DNA of 64,000 nucleotides, from the IMG/VR virus record IMGVR_UViG_3300028833_000094, positions 1-64,000 of that record; one strand, written 5' to 3'. Source of the DNA: a virus. Lineage: Duplodnaviria; Caudoviricetes. The translations under genes and the position numbers were made by a program. Below are positions 46,667-57,094 of this stretch, piece by piece; within the stretch, counting starts at the first letter, position 1; the number at the start of each line of letters is the position of its first letter. The notes below the pieces were generated by a model that was not told the DNA's origin, made no database searches, and was given only the letters and a program-made list of their open reading frames with translations.

Positions 46667-46967
46667 AGAAATCATAGCTCAGGTATCAGAGTCTACGGGA
46701 GTGTCCAGGACATTAGTAGATAAGACCTATAAGGCTTATTGGAAGGCAGTCAGGGAGCATATTACATCCCTTCCCTTAAAGGAAGAACTTACAGATGAAG
46801 AGTTCCTTAATCTCAGGCCAAATGTCAATATCCCCTCTATAGGCAAGCTCTATGTCACGTTAGACAGATACCATAACCTAAAGAAGCAGTTCAAGCTTTA
46901 CTATAAGAATTATAAAGGAAAAGACAAATATAAAAAGGATAGCAATGATAAAGATAAAGAAGATTAA
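46656..46967 (+). CDS. HU/IHF-like protein
   Basis: MTYEEIIAQVSESTGVS...VNIPSIGKLYV. Confidence 0.7.
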   Translation: MTYEEIIAQVSESTGVSRTLVDKTYKAYWKAVREHITSLPLKEELTDEEFLNLRPNVNIPSIGKLYVTLDRYHNLKKQFKLYYKNYKGKDKYKKDSNDKDKED

Positions 46968-47373
46968 ACCACTGTTCACTAATTTGGTAACAACAGGTGA
47001 GAAGTATGAGCAGGATATGTATGATGCACATGGGCTGATTGAATGTAAGAAGGGAGATCTTAAGACCTATCAGATAGTAGTGGCAGTAGGACCACTGGTA
47101 AGAGACATCCAGCCTGGCGATAAGGTGATGATTGATGTGATGAACTATGCAGTCAGGAAGTATGACCCTAACTCCATTAAGAATGACATGGATATGAATA
47201 AGGTCATTGACTTCAAGTTTAACTGGGTTCAGGTAGAAGATGAGAAGGGAGAGCCGCAGGATTGCCTGTTCCTAAGTGACAGGGACATTCTGTTTTCATT
47301 TGAAGGAGAAGAAGTTCAGGGTAATAAGAATCCTATTATAACTCCAGAGAAGCCTAAAATCATTATAAGCTGA
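46945..47373 (+). CDS. GroES-like co-chaperonin fold protein
   Basis: IKPL, VVAVGP, IQPGDKV, LSDRDIL mirror GroES motifs. Confidence 0.7.
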   Translation: MIKIKKIKPLFTNLVTTGEKYEQDMYDAHGLIECKKGDLKTYQIVVAVGPLVRDIQPGDKVMIDVMNYAVRKYDPNSIKNDMDMNKVIDFKFNWVQVEDEKGEPQDCLFLSDRDILFSFEGEEVQGNKNPIITPEKPKIIIS

Positions 47374-47394
47374 GTAGAAGTTGTTTTTGGGAGA

Positions 47395-47428
47395 AGAGGC
47401 CTGGGCTATTTGGCCTGGGCCTTTTTTA
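47395..47428 (+). terminator. Intrinsic terminator
   Basis: AGGCCTGGGCT...GGCCTGGGCCT hairpin plus T-run. Confidence 0.65.
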
Positions 47429-47466
47429 GATTTGAGAATTTTGTAGAGGTAAATTGAGAATTTTGT

Positions 47467-48024
47467 ATGAAGCTTATTAGATACGAGGATTACCAGATAA
47501 AATTAGCAGATGAGGCATTCTTGGTGAGACCTATCAGGAGACTGTTTCATCAGGACAGGAGTGAAAAAAAGGAAAACTTTTGGAGACAGATATCCTTTAT
47601 GTACTTCATGGTAAGTCCTTCCAGCAGCTACTCTTATATTCTTGACATGGAAGAAAGAGCAGCAGAGATTATCAAGCAGGAAGGATTACCTAGTGACTTT
47701 AAGCCTTCAGATTTATTGAAGGAAGCTATGGAGATATACAGGAAGCTGACTATTACTCCTTCACAGAAACTGTTGGAGTCATCTCTTATTGCAGCAGATA
47801 CTGTTTCAAAATTTCTCAGGGACCCCGACATTCTGACAGCAGAGGACAGAAATGGTAAACCCAAGTATCAGATTTCATCCATTACAGCAGCCTTGAAGAA
47901 TGTGGAAGGAATAGTCAATTCCCTTCAGACACTTCAGAAGAAGGTAGAGCAGGAACTGGAAGCAGATGAAGGAAAGGCAAGAGGTTCTCAGGAATTGACC
48001 TTAGGAGATATAGGATTGGATTAA
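47467..48024 (+). CDS. Conserved gene upstream of terL (candidate small terminase subunit)
   Basis: 185 aa, helical; position only. Confidence 0.55.
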   Translation: MKLIRYEDYQIKLADEAFLVRPIRRLFHQDRSEKKENFWRQISFMYFMVSPSSSYSYILDMEERAAEIIKQEGLPSDFKPSDLLKEAMEIYRKLTITPSQKLLESSLIAADTVSKFLRDPDILTAEDRNGKPKYQISSITAALKNVEGIVNSLQTLQKKVEQELEADEGKARGSQELTLGDIGLD

Positions 48025-48061
48025 GGAGTTTCCACAAAATGAAAACATACGGTAAAGGATT

Positions 48062-50308
48062 GTGATGGATAATGTAATTTTTAATAAATGCCAGACTCCC
48101 CTGGAAGAGCTGGAGCTAGGAAAGTATCCACAGGAGGTACAGGAGAATTTCTGGGACTTTATGAATAATGTTCCCTTTATCAGATGGATGGTTTCCCCTA
48201 ACAGGCCCCTTGTATCCCAGCTTCCAAGGGATGAGTTTGGCAGGGCTATCATAGATGTTACCAAGCCTCCTATATTAGAAGGTTCAGACTATTTCAGGCA
48301 ATCAGCCTTACAATGGCAGGAGAATGAAAAATACACCAACCTTAGACCTAATGCCAATCCTAACAGTGAATATGGAAGATGGATAAGAGAGGAGAGACAG
48401 AGAGGCTGGGAAGGCTTTGTCAATCCTGATACAGGTATGTGGGTAACAGGAGACTACTACTGGATGCTGAACTATTGTCCTATGCATTTGGTAGTAAAGA
48501 GAGATGATGGCTTTGAGATGCGTACTACCAGGCATCCAGGTTTCTGGGATGGGCAGTTTCTCCTTTCTCACTATGTTCTTCAGGCGAGACAACATAAGAA
48601 ACATGCAGATGCACTGGCCAGTCGTGGTAAAGGTAAGACCTCCTTTGGTGCTGGAATGCTTTCCAAGAGATTTGAGATAGGAGAGTTTGAGAATAACAGA
48701 AGTGAGGTGCAATGTATGGTTACTGCTACGGATAGGACCAAGCTGATAGGAACTAACCAGATACTCTCCGTCTTTGTAGATAACATAGACTTCTGTGCCA
48801 AGAACACACAGTTTGCTGCAAGAAGATTAAAGAGTAGTGTACAGGAGCTTGTATGGCAGTCAGGCTACAAGAAGTCAGGAAGTGATGTAGCCTATGGCAG
48901 TAAGAACTCAGTATCAGGTATTATCACAGGTGTCAATCAGGATAAGCTGAATGGTTCGCGTGGTGTACTTTATCTGATTGAGGAGGCAGGTATTTTCAAG
49001 AATCTAAGAGAGATGTATAACATGATCAGGCCTTCAGTAGAGCAAGGTTCCTCTGTATTCGGTGAAATCTATATGTATGGTACGGCTGGTGATGACCAGA
49101 GTGACTTTACAGCCTTTGCAGAAATGTTTTATTCTCCAGACGGTTATAACCTGTATGGACTGGAAAATGTATATGACAAGGAAGGTCAGGGCAGGAAGGA
49201 GTGTGGCTTCTTCTATCCAGCCTATATGAACTATGATGATACTTGTATAGACAAGGATGGTAATTCAGATGTCAGTAAGGCACTCTTGATGCTTTGTATG
49301 GACAGGTATAAAGTGAAGTATGGTTCAACAGATATCAATACTATTACCAAGCGTATTTCACAATATCCTATTACTCCACAGGAAGCTATCATCAGGAGTC
49401 AGGGAAATATGTTCCCTATTACAGAACTGAACAACAGGCTTAATCAGATAGATAATAATCCTAATGAGTATGATGATGTCTATGTAGGAGAGCTTATACA
49501 GGAAAAAGATGGTACTATACAATTCCAGCCCACAGGTGAGCTTCCCATCAGAGACTTTCCTACTAAGGATAATAAGGTAGTGGGAGCATTGGAAATATAT
49601 GAGATGCCTCAGAAGAACAGTGAAGGAAAGGTTCCTTATGACAGATATGGATTTGGATTGGACCCCTTTGATGATGATGAATCAGGTACTATGTCATTAG
49701 GAAGTATCTTTGTCATGGACTTCTGGACAGACAGGATAGTAGCAGAGTTTACAGGAAGGCCACAATTTGCCAATGACCTGTATGAGAAAGTGAGACTGCT
49801 ATGCCTATTCTATAACATGAAGGGACTCTATGAGAATAACTTAAAAGGTATTTTCTCCTATTTCAGTATGAGGAACTGTACCTATATGTTGGCTGATACT
49901 CCAGAGTACTTAAGAGACAGACAGCTTGTCACCTCTATTGGATATGGTAATAAGGCAAAAGGTGTAAGAGCTGTTACTCCTATTATCAAGGCAGGATTCA
50001 GGATGATCAGGGACTGGCTGCTTAAACCAGTTACCAAGATAGAGCATGATGCAGAAGGTAATGAGGTAGAAGTTACCGTACCCAATCTATATAATATAAG
50101 GAATAGGGCTTTGCTCAAAGAATTGATACAATGGAATCAATATGGTAACTTCGATAGAGTGATGGCCCTTGTACAATTGATGCTCTATAGGGAAGAGAAG
50201 ATGATTCTCTATCAGGGAGATATCAAGAGTGCGGAACATGTACCAACAGGTCTTGAGGCAGATGACTATTGGAGTAAGAATTATCCAGGGAAGAAAGACC
50301 AATGGTAA
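48062..50308 (+). CDS. terL: Terminase large subunit
   Basis: SRGKGKT Walker A, YLIEEAG Walker B, YGTAG, GLDPFD nuclease, NFDRV. Confidence 0.93.
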   Translation: MMDNVIFNKCQTPLEELELGKYPQEVQENFWDFMNNVPFIRWMVSPNRPLVSQLPRDEFGRAIIDVTKPPILEGSDYFRQSALQWQENEKYTNLRPNANPNSEYGRWIREERQRGWEGFVNPDTGMWVTGDYYWMLNYCPMHLVVKRDDGFEMRTTRHPGFWDGQFLLSHYVLQARQHKKHADALASRGKGKTSFGAGMLSKRFEIGEFENNRSEVQCMVTATDRTKLIGTNQILSVFVDNIDFCAKNTQFAARRLKSSVQELVWQSGYKKSGSDVAYGSKNSVSGIITGVNQDKLNGSRGVLYLIEEAGIFKNLREMYNMIRPSVEQGSSVFGEIYMYGTAGDDQSDFTAFAEMFYSPDGYNLYGLENVYDKEGQGRKECGFFYPAYMNYDDTCIDKDGNSDVSKALLMLCMDRYKVKYGSTDINTITKRISQYPITPQEAIIRSQGNMFPITELNNRLNQIDNNPNEYDDVYVGELIQEKDGTIQFQPTGELPIRDFPTKDNKVVGALEIYEMPQKNSEGKVPYDRYGFGLDPFDDDESGTMSLGSIFVMDFWTDRIVAEFTGRPQFANDLYEKVRLLCLFYNMKGLYENNLKGIFSYFSMRNCTYMLADTPEYLRDRQLVTSIGYGNKAKGVRAVTPIIKAGFRMIRDWLLKPVTKIEHDAEGNEVEVTVPNLYNIRNRALLKELIQWNQYGNFDRVMALVQLMLYREEKMILYQGDIKSAEHVPTGLEADDYWSKNYPGKKDQW

Positions 50309-50434
50309 TAGGAGAGTAATCATAGAATGATTACTTAAAAGACGGGACAGGCAGTAAATTTAGTTTTAGCCTACTGTAAAGAAGGGATGTTTTCTTAGCA
50401 TCCCTTTTATTGTGTCTTAACGGGAAATTAAGGA

Positions 50435-50467
50435 TTTGAGCAAAAGCCTTTCAAATCAGTACTTTTG
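50435..50467 (+). promoter_or_regulatory. Bacteroidota promoter for the capsid operon
   Basis: TTTG(50435)-21 nt-TACTTTTG(50460). Confidence 0.6.
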
Positions 50468-50509
50468 CAATACGAAGGATAGTAGAATAACTAAAAGAGA
50501 AGGATAACA

Positions 50510-51703
50510 ATGGCAATGTTAGATTTTAACAACATCCTTGGTGAGCAGGAGATTGATGGCCTGTTCTCAGATACCGAGGAACCTGCTACTCAGGAGGAGT
50601 CAGCAGAATCTGACAAGGAGAAGTCAGATGGGACAGTAAATGGTGATACACAAAAGACTACTGAGGTTGTAAATCCCGATGACCTTTTTAGTGGAGACAC
50701 GATTGAGGAAGAAGAGGAGAAGACACAGCCAGAGAGCGTAGGTAGTGGAAAGAATAAAGAGGAAAAGGAAGATGCCACCGCTGGTAAGGGCAGTGACACT
50801 TCTCCAAACTTCTACTCTTCCATTGCCAATGCCTTGGCAGTGGATGGTATCTTCCCCAACTCTGATGAAGCTGCAGTAAGCAAAGTGGACTCTGCTGAGT
50901 CACTCAGTGAGTTGATTGAGGCAGAGATTAATGCCCGCTTTGATGATAAGCAGCGTAGGATTTCAAAAGCTCTTGAGAATGGTGTGGAGCCCAGTCAGAT
51001 TAGGCAGTATGAAGGAGTACTGGAACAGATTTCCAATATTACTGACAATCAGTTGACTGCAGAGAGTGAAGAAGGAGAACGTCTGAGAAGAAACCTGATT
51101 TATCAGGATTATCTCAACAAAGGCTATACTCCAGAGAAAGCTCAGAAGATGACTCAGCGCACCTTTGATTCAGGAACAGACATTGAGGATGCAAAGGATG
51201 CCCTCCAAGGCAACAGGGAATTCTTCCAGGCTCAGTATGATAAACTGTTGGAAGAGGCCCAGAAAGCAGCAGAAAAGGATAAGGCAGAGTTGCAGAAGCA
51301 AGAAGCCAATCTGAAGAAGAGCATTTTGGAAGACAAGCAACTGATGGGAGACATGGAGTTGAATCAGGATGTCAGGAAGAAAATCTATGATAACATCTCC
51401 AGGCCAGTGTACAGAGACCCAGAATCAGGTCAGTACCTGACAGCCCTTCAGAAGTATGAATCAGAGAATCATGCAGACTTTATGAAGTATGTAGGTCTCT
51501 TCTACACATTGACTGATGGCTTTAAAGACTTTAAGAGTTTTGCCAAGGCTGAAGTCAAGAAAGAAATGAGAAAAGGTCTTAGGGAGTTGGAACAGACCCT
51601 GAATGGTAGCAGGAGGACTTCAGATGGTAGTCTTAACCTGGTAGGAAGCAGGAAAGAAGATCCAGAATCATTCCTCAGCGCAGGATTTAAGCTAGCTCTC
51701 TAG
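50510..51703 (+). CDS. Acidic protein preceding MCP (putative scaffold)
   Basis: Highly acidic N-terminus, coiled coils, directly upstream of MCP as in crAss-like phages. Confidence 0.7.
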   Translation: MAMLDFNNILGEQEIDGLFSDTEEPATQEESAESDKEKSDGTVNGDTQKTTEVVNPDDLFSGDTIEEEEEKTQPESVGSGKNKEEKEDATAGKGSDTSPNFYSSIANALAVDGIFPNSDEAAVSKVDSAESLSELIEAEINARFDDKQRRISKALENGVEPSQIRQYEGVLEQISNITDNQLTAESEEGERLRRNLIYQDYLNKGYTPEKAQKMTQRTFDSGTDIEDAKDALQGNREFFQAQYDKLLEEAQKAAEKDKAELQKQEANLKKSILEDKQLMGDMELNQDVRKKIYDNISRPVYRDPESGQYLTALQKYESENHADFMKYVGLFYTLTDGFKDFKSFAKAEVKKEMRKGLRELEQTLNGSRRTSDGSLNLVGSRKEDPESFLSAGFKLAL

Positions 51704-51756
51704 ACATTAAAAATACAAGGTAAAAAGATTGTTTTTAATGTTTAACATTTTATATA

Positions 51757-53265
51757 ATGGGTAAATTAGGTAAATTTCAGAGTTTTGAGTTCGACAGCTG
51801 GGGAAAGACCAGTAAGTTGAACCACCTTGGTGGTATTTTCAGGTTGCATCCTCAGATGGCAACAGAGATGATGGTCCAGCTTTTGGCTTTCCATAAGGGT
51901 AAGACCTTGGACACATTCCTCTCACAGTTCCCCACTAAGGAATTTGACAGTGATGATGAGTACACCTGGCAGGTGATTGGTTCTATGGTTAAGAACCTTC
52001 CCCTTGTAGAAGCTCGTACTCTTGATGGCACAGTGGTAGCTGACAATGTAAATGCAGGTGCCAATGGTGAACCTTTCTATGTAGTATTTGATGAAGACCT
52101 GTTTGCTGATGGTGCAGTGATTGTTGGTGAGCTGAATGAAATCTATCCCCTCCGCATTTTGGGTGATGGCTATCGTGAAGGTACTAACATTCGCTATAAG
52201 GTACAGCTGATGGGTGGTGTTATTGGTGGTATGCCTGGTGAGCAGCTCCAGCCTGGTAAGAGGTTCTCTAAGGAGTATGCTCCTGTTGAGCGTGAGTTCT
52301 CTCGCAAGGTTGATGATATCACCTTCTCCAGTCCTATCATGATGCGTAATGAGTTCAGCTCTATCCGTATGCAGCATAAGGTATCTGGTGCTCTCATCAA
52401 CAAGAAGATTGCCTTTGGTATTCCTGTAGAAGTTCCCAACAATAATGGCTACACTGTCAAGACCTATGACATGTGGATGCACTATGAGCAGTGGGTACTT
52501 GAGCAGCAGTGGAATGCAGCTAAGAACAAGCTGATTGCTTATGGCCGTAGCAACCGCAACAAGAATGGTGAGTATCTTGACATTGGTAAGAGTGGTGAGG
52601 TTATTCGCATGGGTGCAGGTCTGTTCCAGCAGATGGAAGTTAACAACACAGACTTCTACAACAACTTCTCTCTGAAGAAGATTGAGGATGCCCTGTACAA
52701 CCTGAGTGCAGCTAATCTTGACATGAAAGACCGTGTATTCATCCTGAAGACTGGTGAGCGTGGTGCTGCCCAGTTCCATAAGGCAGCTCTTGATACTATC
52801 AGTGGCTGGCAAGCATTCACTACCAATGCAGACCAGATTGGTATGGTACGCAAGGTGAACTCTCCCCTGCATGACAATGCTTTGAGTATTGGTGCTCAGA
52901 TTGTTGAGTTCAAGGCTCCTAATGGTGTAACTGTACGTGTAGATGTAGATCCCATGTATGATGATCCTGTACGCAACAAGATTATGCATCCTAATGGTGG
53001 TCCTGCCTATTCTTACCGTTATGACATCTTTGACATTGGTACTATGGACCAGCCTAACATCTTCAAGGTAGGTGTCAAGGGTCAGGTAGGTGACTACACT
53101 TCTTATGAGTGGGGCTTCCGCAATCCATTCACTGGCAAGATGGGCAATGAGTACATGAGCCATGATGAGGATTCTGCAACTATTCACAAGTTCACTACTA
53201 CTGGTGTATGTGTTCTTGATCCTACAAGGACAATGAGCATTATTCCTGCAGTACTTCGTGGTTAA
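51757..53265 (+). CDS. Major capsid protein (crAss-like)
   Basis: 502 aa; strong high-expression codon bias; EYTWQ, MRNEFS.IR, GAGLFQQ, TGERG, PMYDD motifs recalled from crAss-like MCPs. Confidence 0.88.
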   Translation: MGKLGKFQSFEFDSWGKTSKLNHLGGIFRLHPQMATEMMVQLLAFHKGKTLDTFLSQFPTKEFDSDDEYTWQVIGSMVKNLPLVEARTLDGTVVADNVNAGANGEPFYVVFDEDLFADGAVIVGELNEIYPLRILGDGYREGTNIRYKVQLMGGVIGGMPGEQLQPGKRFSKEYAPVEREFSRKVDDITFSSPIMMRNEFSSIRMQHKVSGALINKKIAFGIPVEVPNNNGYTVKTYDMWMHYEQWVLEQQWNAAKNKLIAYGRSNRNKNGEYLDIGKSGEVIRMGAGLFQQMEVNNTDFYNNFSLKKIEDALYNLSAANLDMKDRVFILKTGERGAAQFHKAALDTISGWQAFTTNADQIGMVRKVNSPLHDNALSIGAQIVEFKAPNGVTVRVDVDPMYDDPVRNKIMHPNGGPAYSYRYDIFDIGTMDQPNIFKVGVKGQVGDYTSYEWGFRNPFTGKMGNEYMSHDEDSATIHKFTTTGVCVLDPTRTMSIIPAVLRG

Positions 53266-53269
53266 AAAG

Positions 53270-53318
53270 AGAAGGTAAGGAGGGGGACTTAGGTTCCTCT
53301 CCTGCCAATCTTTTTTAT
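53270..53318 (+). terminator. Terminator after MCP
   Basis: AGGAGGGGGACTT...AGGTTCCTCTCCT hairpin plus T-run. Confidence 0.65.
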
Positions 53319-53362
53319 TATGATGAAGAAACGATACAACTAATAAATAAATAGGAGAAGTA

Positions 53363-54373
53363 ATGGCAAACAAGAAGAGAGTAGAAGGAGAAGAGATGCC
53401 AAACTTTGGAAGGATTGTACTGGACACAGAGGAGCATCTCCAAGAAGTCCCCAAAAGGGCAATGGCAGAGGTAGAACCTCAGCCTACACAAAAAAGACAA
53501 GAGGCTGGTGAGCCTATCAACTGTCTGAGAAATGAACGGATTATTGTAAGATTTGTCCCCAGTCCAAGTGCTATGGTTCAGACTAAAGGACATGTACTTT
53601 GGGGAGGAATGGCAGAAGGAGCAAGAAGGAGCTTTGTAGTTCCAAGACTTCGTTCAGGACAGTATGTCAATGTTCTTACTGATAATGAGATGGCATTCCT
53701 GGAGCAGGCCATGCGTTTGGAGAAAGGAGCACTGAGTATCTATAACAAGCGTGACAACTTCTGGGATGACAATAATCCAGAGGGATGTGGAAAGGTGATA
53801 CTGTTCAAGCAGGATAACTACCTTGACCTTAGTGACCCTCTTGATTACATCAAATACAAAGTGCTGCTTGCCAATAAGGACTATATCTGTCCTTCCATGC
53901 AAGAGCTTGAGGACAGGCCTAAAGCAACCTATCAGTATGTAATCATCTCAGAGAATGCAGAGGTACAGATGAACCTTAGCAAGAATGATGCAAAGATGGA
54001 GTGCTTTATGGAATATGGAGCTATCCGCAATGACAAGGATACTCTCCGTGCTATTCTTGAGATTCTTACTGGCAGACCTGTTACAGCTCAGACCAAGCTT
54101 GATTTCCTTCAGGCAAAGGTAATGGAGTATATAGAGAGTGATTCCCGCAGGTTCCTCAGCACTATCAAGGATCCACTTCTTCCTGCAAAGGTACTTATCA
54201 AGAAAGGTGTTGAAGCAGGTATTATTACACGAAGGAATGACCTTTACTACTATGATGGTTCTCCGATGTGTGAAATGGGAGAGGATAGCACACTGACAAA
54301 TGCGGCCAAGTATATCACTAATGTGAAGAGGCAAGAGCTTAAATATACCTTAGAAGCAAGATTAAAAGATTGA
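53363..54373 (+). CDS. Conserved crAss-like protein following MCP
   Basis: LDLSDPLDYIKYKVLL motif; synteny. Confidence 0.75.
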   Translation: MANKKRVEGEEMPNFGRIVLDTEEHLQEVPKRAMAEVEPQPTQKRQEAGEPINCLRNERIIVRFVPSPSAMVQTKGHVLWGGMAEGARRSFVVPRLRSGQYVNVLTDNEMAFLEQAMRLEKGALSIYNKRDNFWDDNNPEGCGKVILFKQDNYLDLSDPLDYIKYKVLLANKDYICPSMQELEDRPKATYQYVIISENAEVQMNLSKNDAKMECFMEYGAIRNDKDTLRAILEILTGRPVTAQTKLDFLQAKVMEYIESDSRRFLSTIKDPLLPAKVLIKKGVEAGIITRRNDLYYYDGSPMCEMGEDSTLTNAAKYITNVKRQELKYTLEARLKD

Positions 54374-54436
54374 TAACAACAGGGGAAGTATAGGGGCTAT
54401 TCATTAGCCCCATACAGAACCTTAAAAATAAGTACT

Positions 54437-55471
54437 ATGACTATAACAGAGTTTTCAAACCAGTTTGATGTTCTTTATAATAACATTACTTCAAATCAGG
54501 CCCCTGGTCTGAATGAATATGAAAAAAGTGTATTCCTTACCAAGGCTCAAAATGAGATAGTGAAGAACTATTTCACTGCCAATAGTAAAGGCAATAACAT
54601 TGGGCAGGGCTTTGATGACTCTGCTAAGAGGCAGGCAGATTTCTCCTGCTTAATGAAAACAGCTCATTGTGATCTTAATAGTAATCCTGGATCATCTAGT
54701 AGGTATATATATGCTTTTACATATAATAATTTCAGTCCTGCTACTACTATAAATTCTAGTGGCTCTGTTTATGCCATCTATAATGGGGAAATAGTAGAAC
54801 CATATAATCATCCTATTCCTGCCTCTAAATATACTATAACAAGTGTAGATGCTTGGAATGATGTTATTGTTGGTACTGGAAGTGGCGTAGAAGTAGAGTT
54901 TCACGGTCTATATTCAAGGATACATTATGTAGAAGGAGGTGCTGATAATAGTATTTCAGTAAGTCAGGTTCAAATAGATGTACTTAGTGTAGACAACAGA
55001 ATTGATCCTAGAAGCAGTCTATATATATTTCCAGATAGTGTTTTTATTGTTATCAATGAAGCACTTTATACATCAGATGGTAGTATTCTCCAAGTAGTTC
55101 CACTAAGATATGATGAATATTTAAGATTAATGTCTAAGCCTTTTAAACGCCCTTTAAAGAATCAGGCATGGAGATTAATTAATTCTGGAACATCTGTTAA
55201 TGATGTGAAGAATGCCGAAATCATCACTAATCTTGGTGTTTCTATTTCTACCTATATGATTAGGTACATCAGAAAACCAGAGCCGATTATATTAGCAAAT
55301 CTTGATGGTTTGACTATTGAGGGGAAAGGAATTCCATCAGAATGTGAACTAGACTCAGTTCTTCATGAGGATATCCTTCAGAGGGCAGTAGAATTAGCTA
55401 AGGTTGCTTGGACAGCAACTGGTCAGGATAATGCACAGATGGTGCTTCAGGCAGGACAAAGGAGTGAATAA
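54437..55471 (+). CDS. Tail ring protein paralog 1, with about 110-aa insertion
   Basis: MT..EFS..FD.L.N, EYEKS..LTKAQ, RYIRKP.PI, LH..I...AV. Confidence 0.75.
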   Translation: MTITEFSNQFDVLYNNITSNQAPGLNEYEKSVFLTKAQNEIVKNYFTANSKGNNIGQGFDDSAKRQADFSCLMKTAHCDLNSNPGSSSRYIYAFTYNNFSPATTINSSGSVYAIYNGEIVEPYNHPIPASKYTITSVDAWNDVIVGTGSGVEVEFHGLYSRIHYVEGGADNSISVSQVQIDVLSVDNRIDPRSSLYIFPDSVFIVINEALYTSDGSILQVVPLRYDEYLRLMSKPFKRPLKNQAWRLINSGTSVNDVKNAEIITNLGVSISTYMIRYIRKPEPIILANLDGLTIEGKGIPSECELDSVLHEDILQRAVELAKVAWTATGQDNAQMVLQAGQRSE

Positions 55472-55517
55472 TTGCAATATAATTGCCAATTAAATAACGT
55501 AACTAAAAATACAGGAT

Positions 55518-56294
55518 ATGACAGTTAAGGAATTTAGTGATTTGTTTGATACTCTCCTTAATAGCTATGCTACTACAGCATCATTTGGAGAAGATTCTTC
55601 TAAGGCAGATGTCACTTTGGATGAGTATGAGAAGTCTGTCCTCCTGACTCAGGCTCAAGATATGATAATTAAGTCTTACTTCTATAGCAATCTTAATAGC
55701 CAAGGACAGGGTTTTGATGATAGTGAGAGAAGGCAGGTAGACTTTTCAAGTCTAATTAAGGTTGCAACTCTTACACAATCAAGTAGCCAAACTAATATCT
55801 TTGATGAGAGGGGTATCTTGTTTGATATGCCTAAAAAGACTGGAGGAAGTACTGATGTACTATTTATCCTTAATGAAAGACTCCTTGTTCCTACTGGAGA
55901 AGGGACAGCCAAAGACAGTTATGTTATTATCCCTCTGAACTATAAGGAGTATGACAGAGAGATGTCTAAAGCTTATGCTCAACCTTTGAAGAAGCAGGCA
56001 TGGAGATTATTTCAGAATACTGCTACTGGTTTTGACGTGCAGTCAGAACTGATACCTATTTGGGATGTTGTAGATTCTCAGAATAAAAGTGGCATTGTTT
56101 ATAAAATAAGATATGTCCAGCGTCCTGATCCAATTGTATTAGTAAATCTGCCCGATGGGCTTAGTATTGATGGATTTAGTACAGAGCAATCTTGTACATT
56201 GAATCCTATCCTTCATGTGGATATCCTGAATAGGGCAGTGGAACTGGCACTGACTACCAGAGGAAGAGTTAGTAATAGAAGTCAAGGAGAATAA
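55518..56294 (+). CDS. Tail ring protein paralog 2
   Basis: Same motifs (EFSDLFD, EYEKSVLLTQAQ, QAWRL, RYVQRPDPI). Confidence 0.75.
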   Translation: MTVKEFSDLFDTLLNSYATTASFGEDSSKADVTLDEYEKSVLLTQAQDMIIKSYFYSNLNSQGQGFDDSERRQVDFSSLIKVATLTQSSSQTNIFDERGILFDMPKKTGGSTDVLFILNERLLVPTGEGTAKDSYVIIPLNYKEYDREMSKAYAQPLKKQAWRLFQNTATGFDVQSELIPIWDVVDSQNKSGIVYKIRYVQRPDPIVLVNLPDGLSIDGFSTEQSCTLNPILHVDILNRAVELALTTRGRVSNRSQGE

Positions 56295-56300
56295 TAGACT

Positions 56301-57032
56301 ATGACAGTATCAGAGTTTTCAGACGGATTTGATGTCCTGGTTAACAGCTACAGGAGAATCAGGAGCTTTGACAACCAGGAGGCTACTGACAGTATCGAGT
56401 TTAATGAGTATGAGAAGAGTTTCTATCTTACCAAAGCTCAAGAGGAATTTGTCAGGAGTCTCTACAATGGCAGGAATCCTTCAGGTCTGAGCTTTGAAGA
56501 AACTGAAGAACAGAGGAGACTTCTCTCCAATCTCATAGGAGAGGCACTTCTTGATAAGGAGGATAATCCTGGAATCATTGGAATGAGGTTTGCTGAGTCA
56601 GCGGTCTTTACACTTGATCCTGACCTTTGGTTTATTACCTATGAAGAGGCAACAGTAGATGCTGGTAATGGTAAATGTGGAGGTAACCTTTCTCAGGAAG
56701 TGGTTCCTGTTACTCAGGATGAATTCCATAGAATCAAGAAGAATCCTTTCAGGGGAATTAATAGGAGAAGGGCTCTAAGGCTTGACTTGTCAGATGACAG
56801 GGTTGAGATAGTCAGTAAGTATCCTATTACCAAATATTATGTAAGATATATGAAGAAACCTACTCCTATCATTCTTGTGAGATTGCCGAACAATCTTGAG
56901 ATAGAAGGAGACAGAGGGCCTTCAGAATGTATCCTCAATGATAAGCTTCATCAGGATTTACTTGACTTGGCTGTGAGGATGGCTTTAAGAAGTAAAGGTA
57001 TATCAATACCTACAAATAGAAATAATGATTGA
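56301..57032 (+). CDS. Tail ring protein paralog 3
   Basis: Same motifs (EFSDGFD, EYEKSFYLTKAQ, RYMKKPTPII). Confidence 0.75.
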   Translation: MTVSEFSDGFDVLVNSYRRIRSFDNQEATDSIEFNEYEKSFYLTKAQEEFVRSLYNGRNPSGLSFEETEEQRRLLSNLIGEALLDKEDNPGIIGMRFAESAVFTLDPDLWFITYEEATVDAGNGKCGGNLSQEVVPVTQDEFHRIKKNPFRGINRRRALRLDLSDDRVEIVSKYPITKYYVRYMKKPTPIILVRLPNNLEIEGDRGPSECILNDKLHQDLLDLAVRMALRSKGISIPTNRNND

Positions 57033-57094
57033 TAAAAGTCCTTTGGGCTAAGCCATAGCCACTGGACAATGTTTAACTTAAATATTTTAATGTT

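Noticed and set aside
51922-53454. 510-aa antisense ORF over the major capsid gene (also 57611..58090, 26297..26821, 58551..59120)
   Set aside because: Shadow ORFs caused by codon bias of highly expressed genes; no recognisable motifs and complete overlap with well-supported genes.
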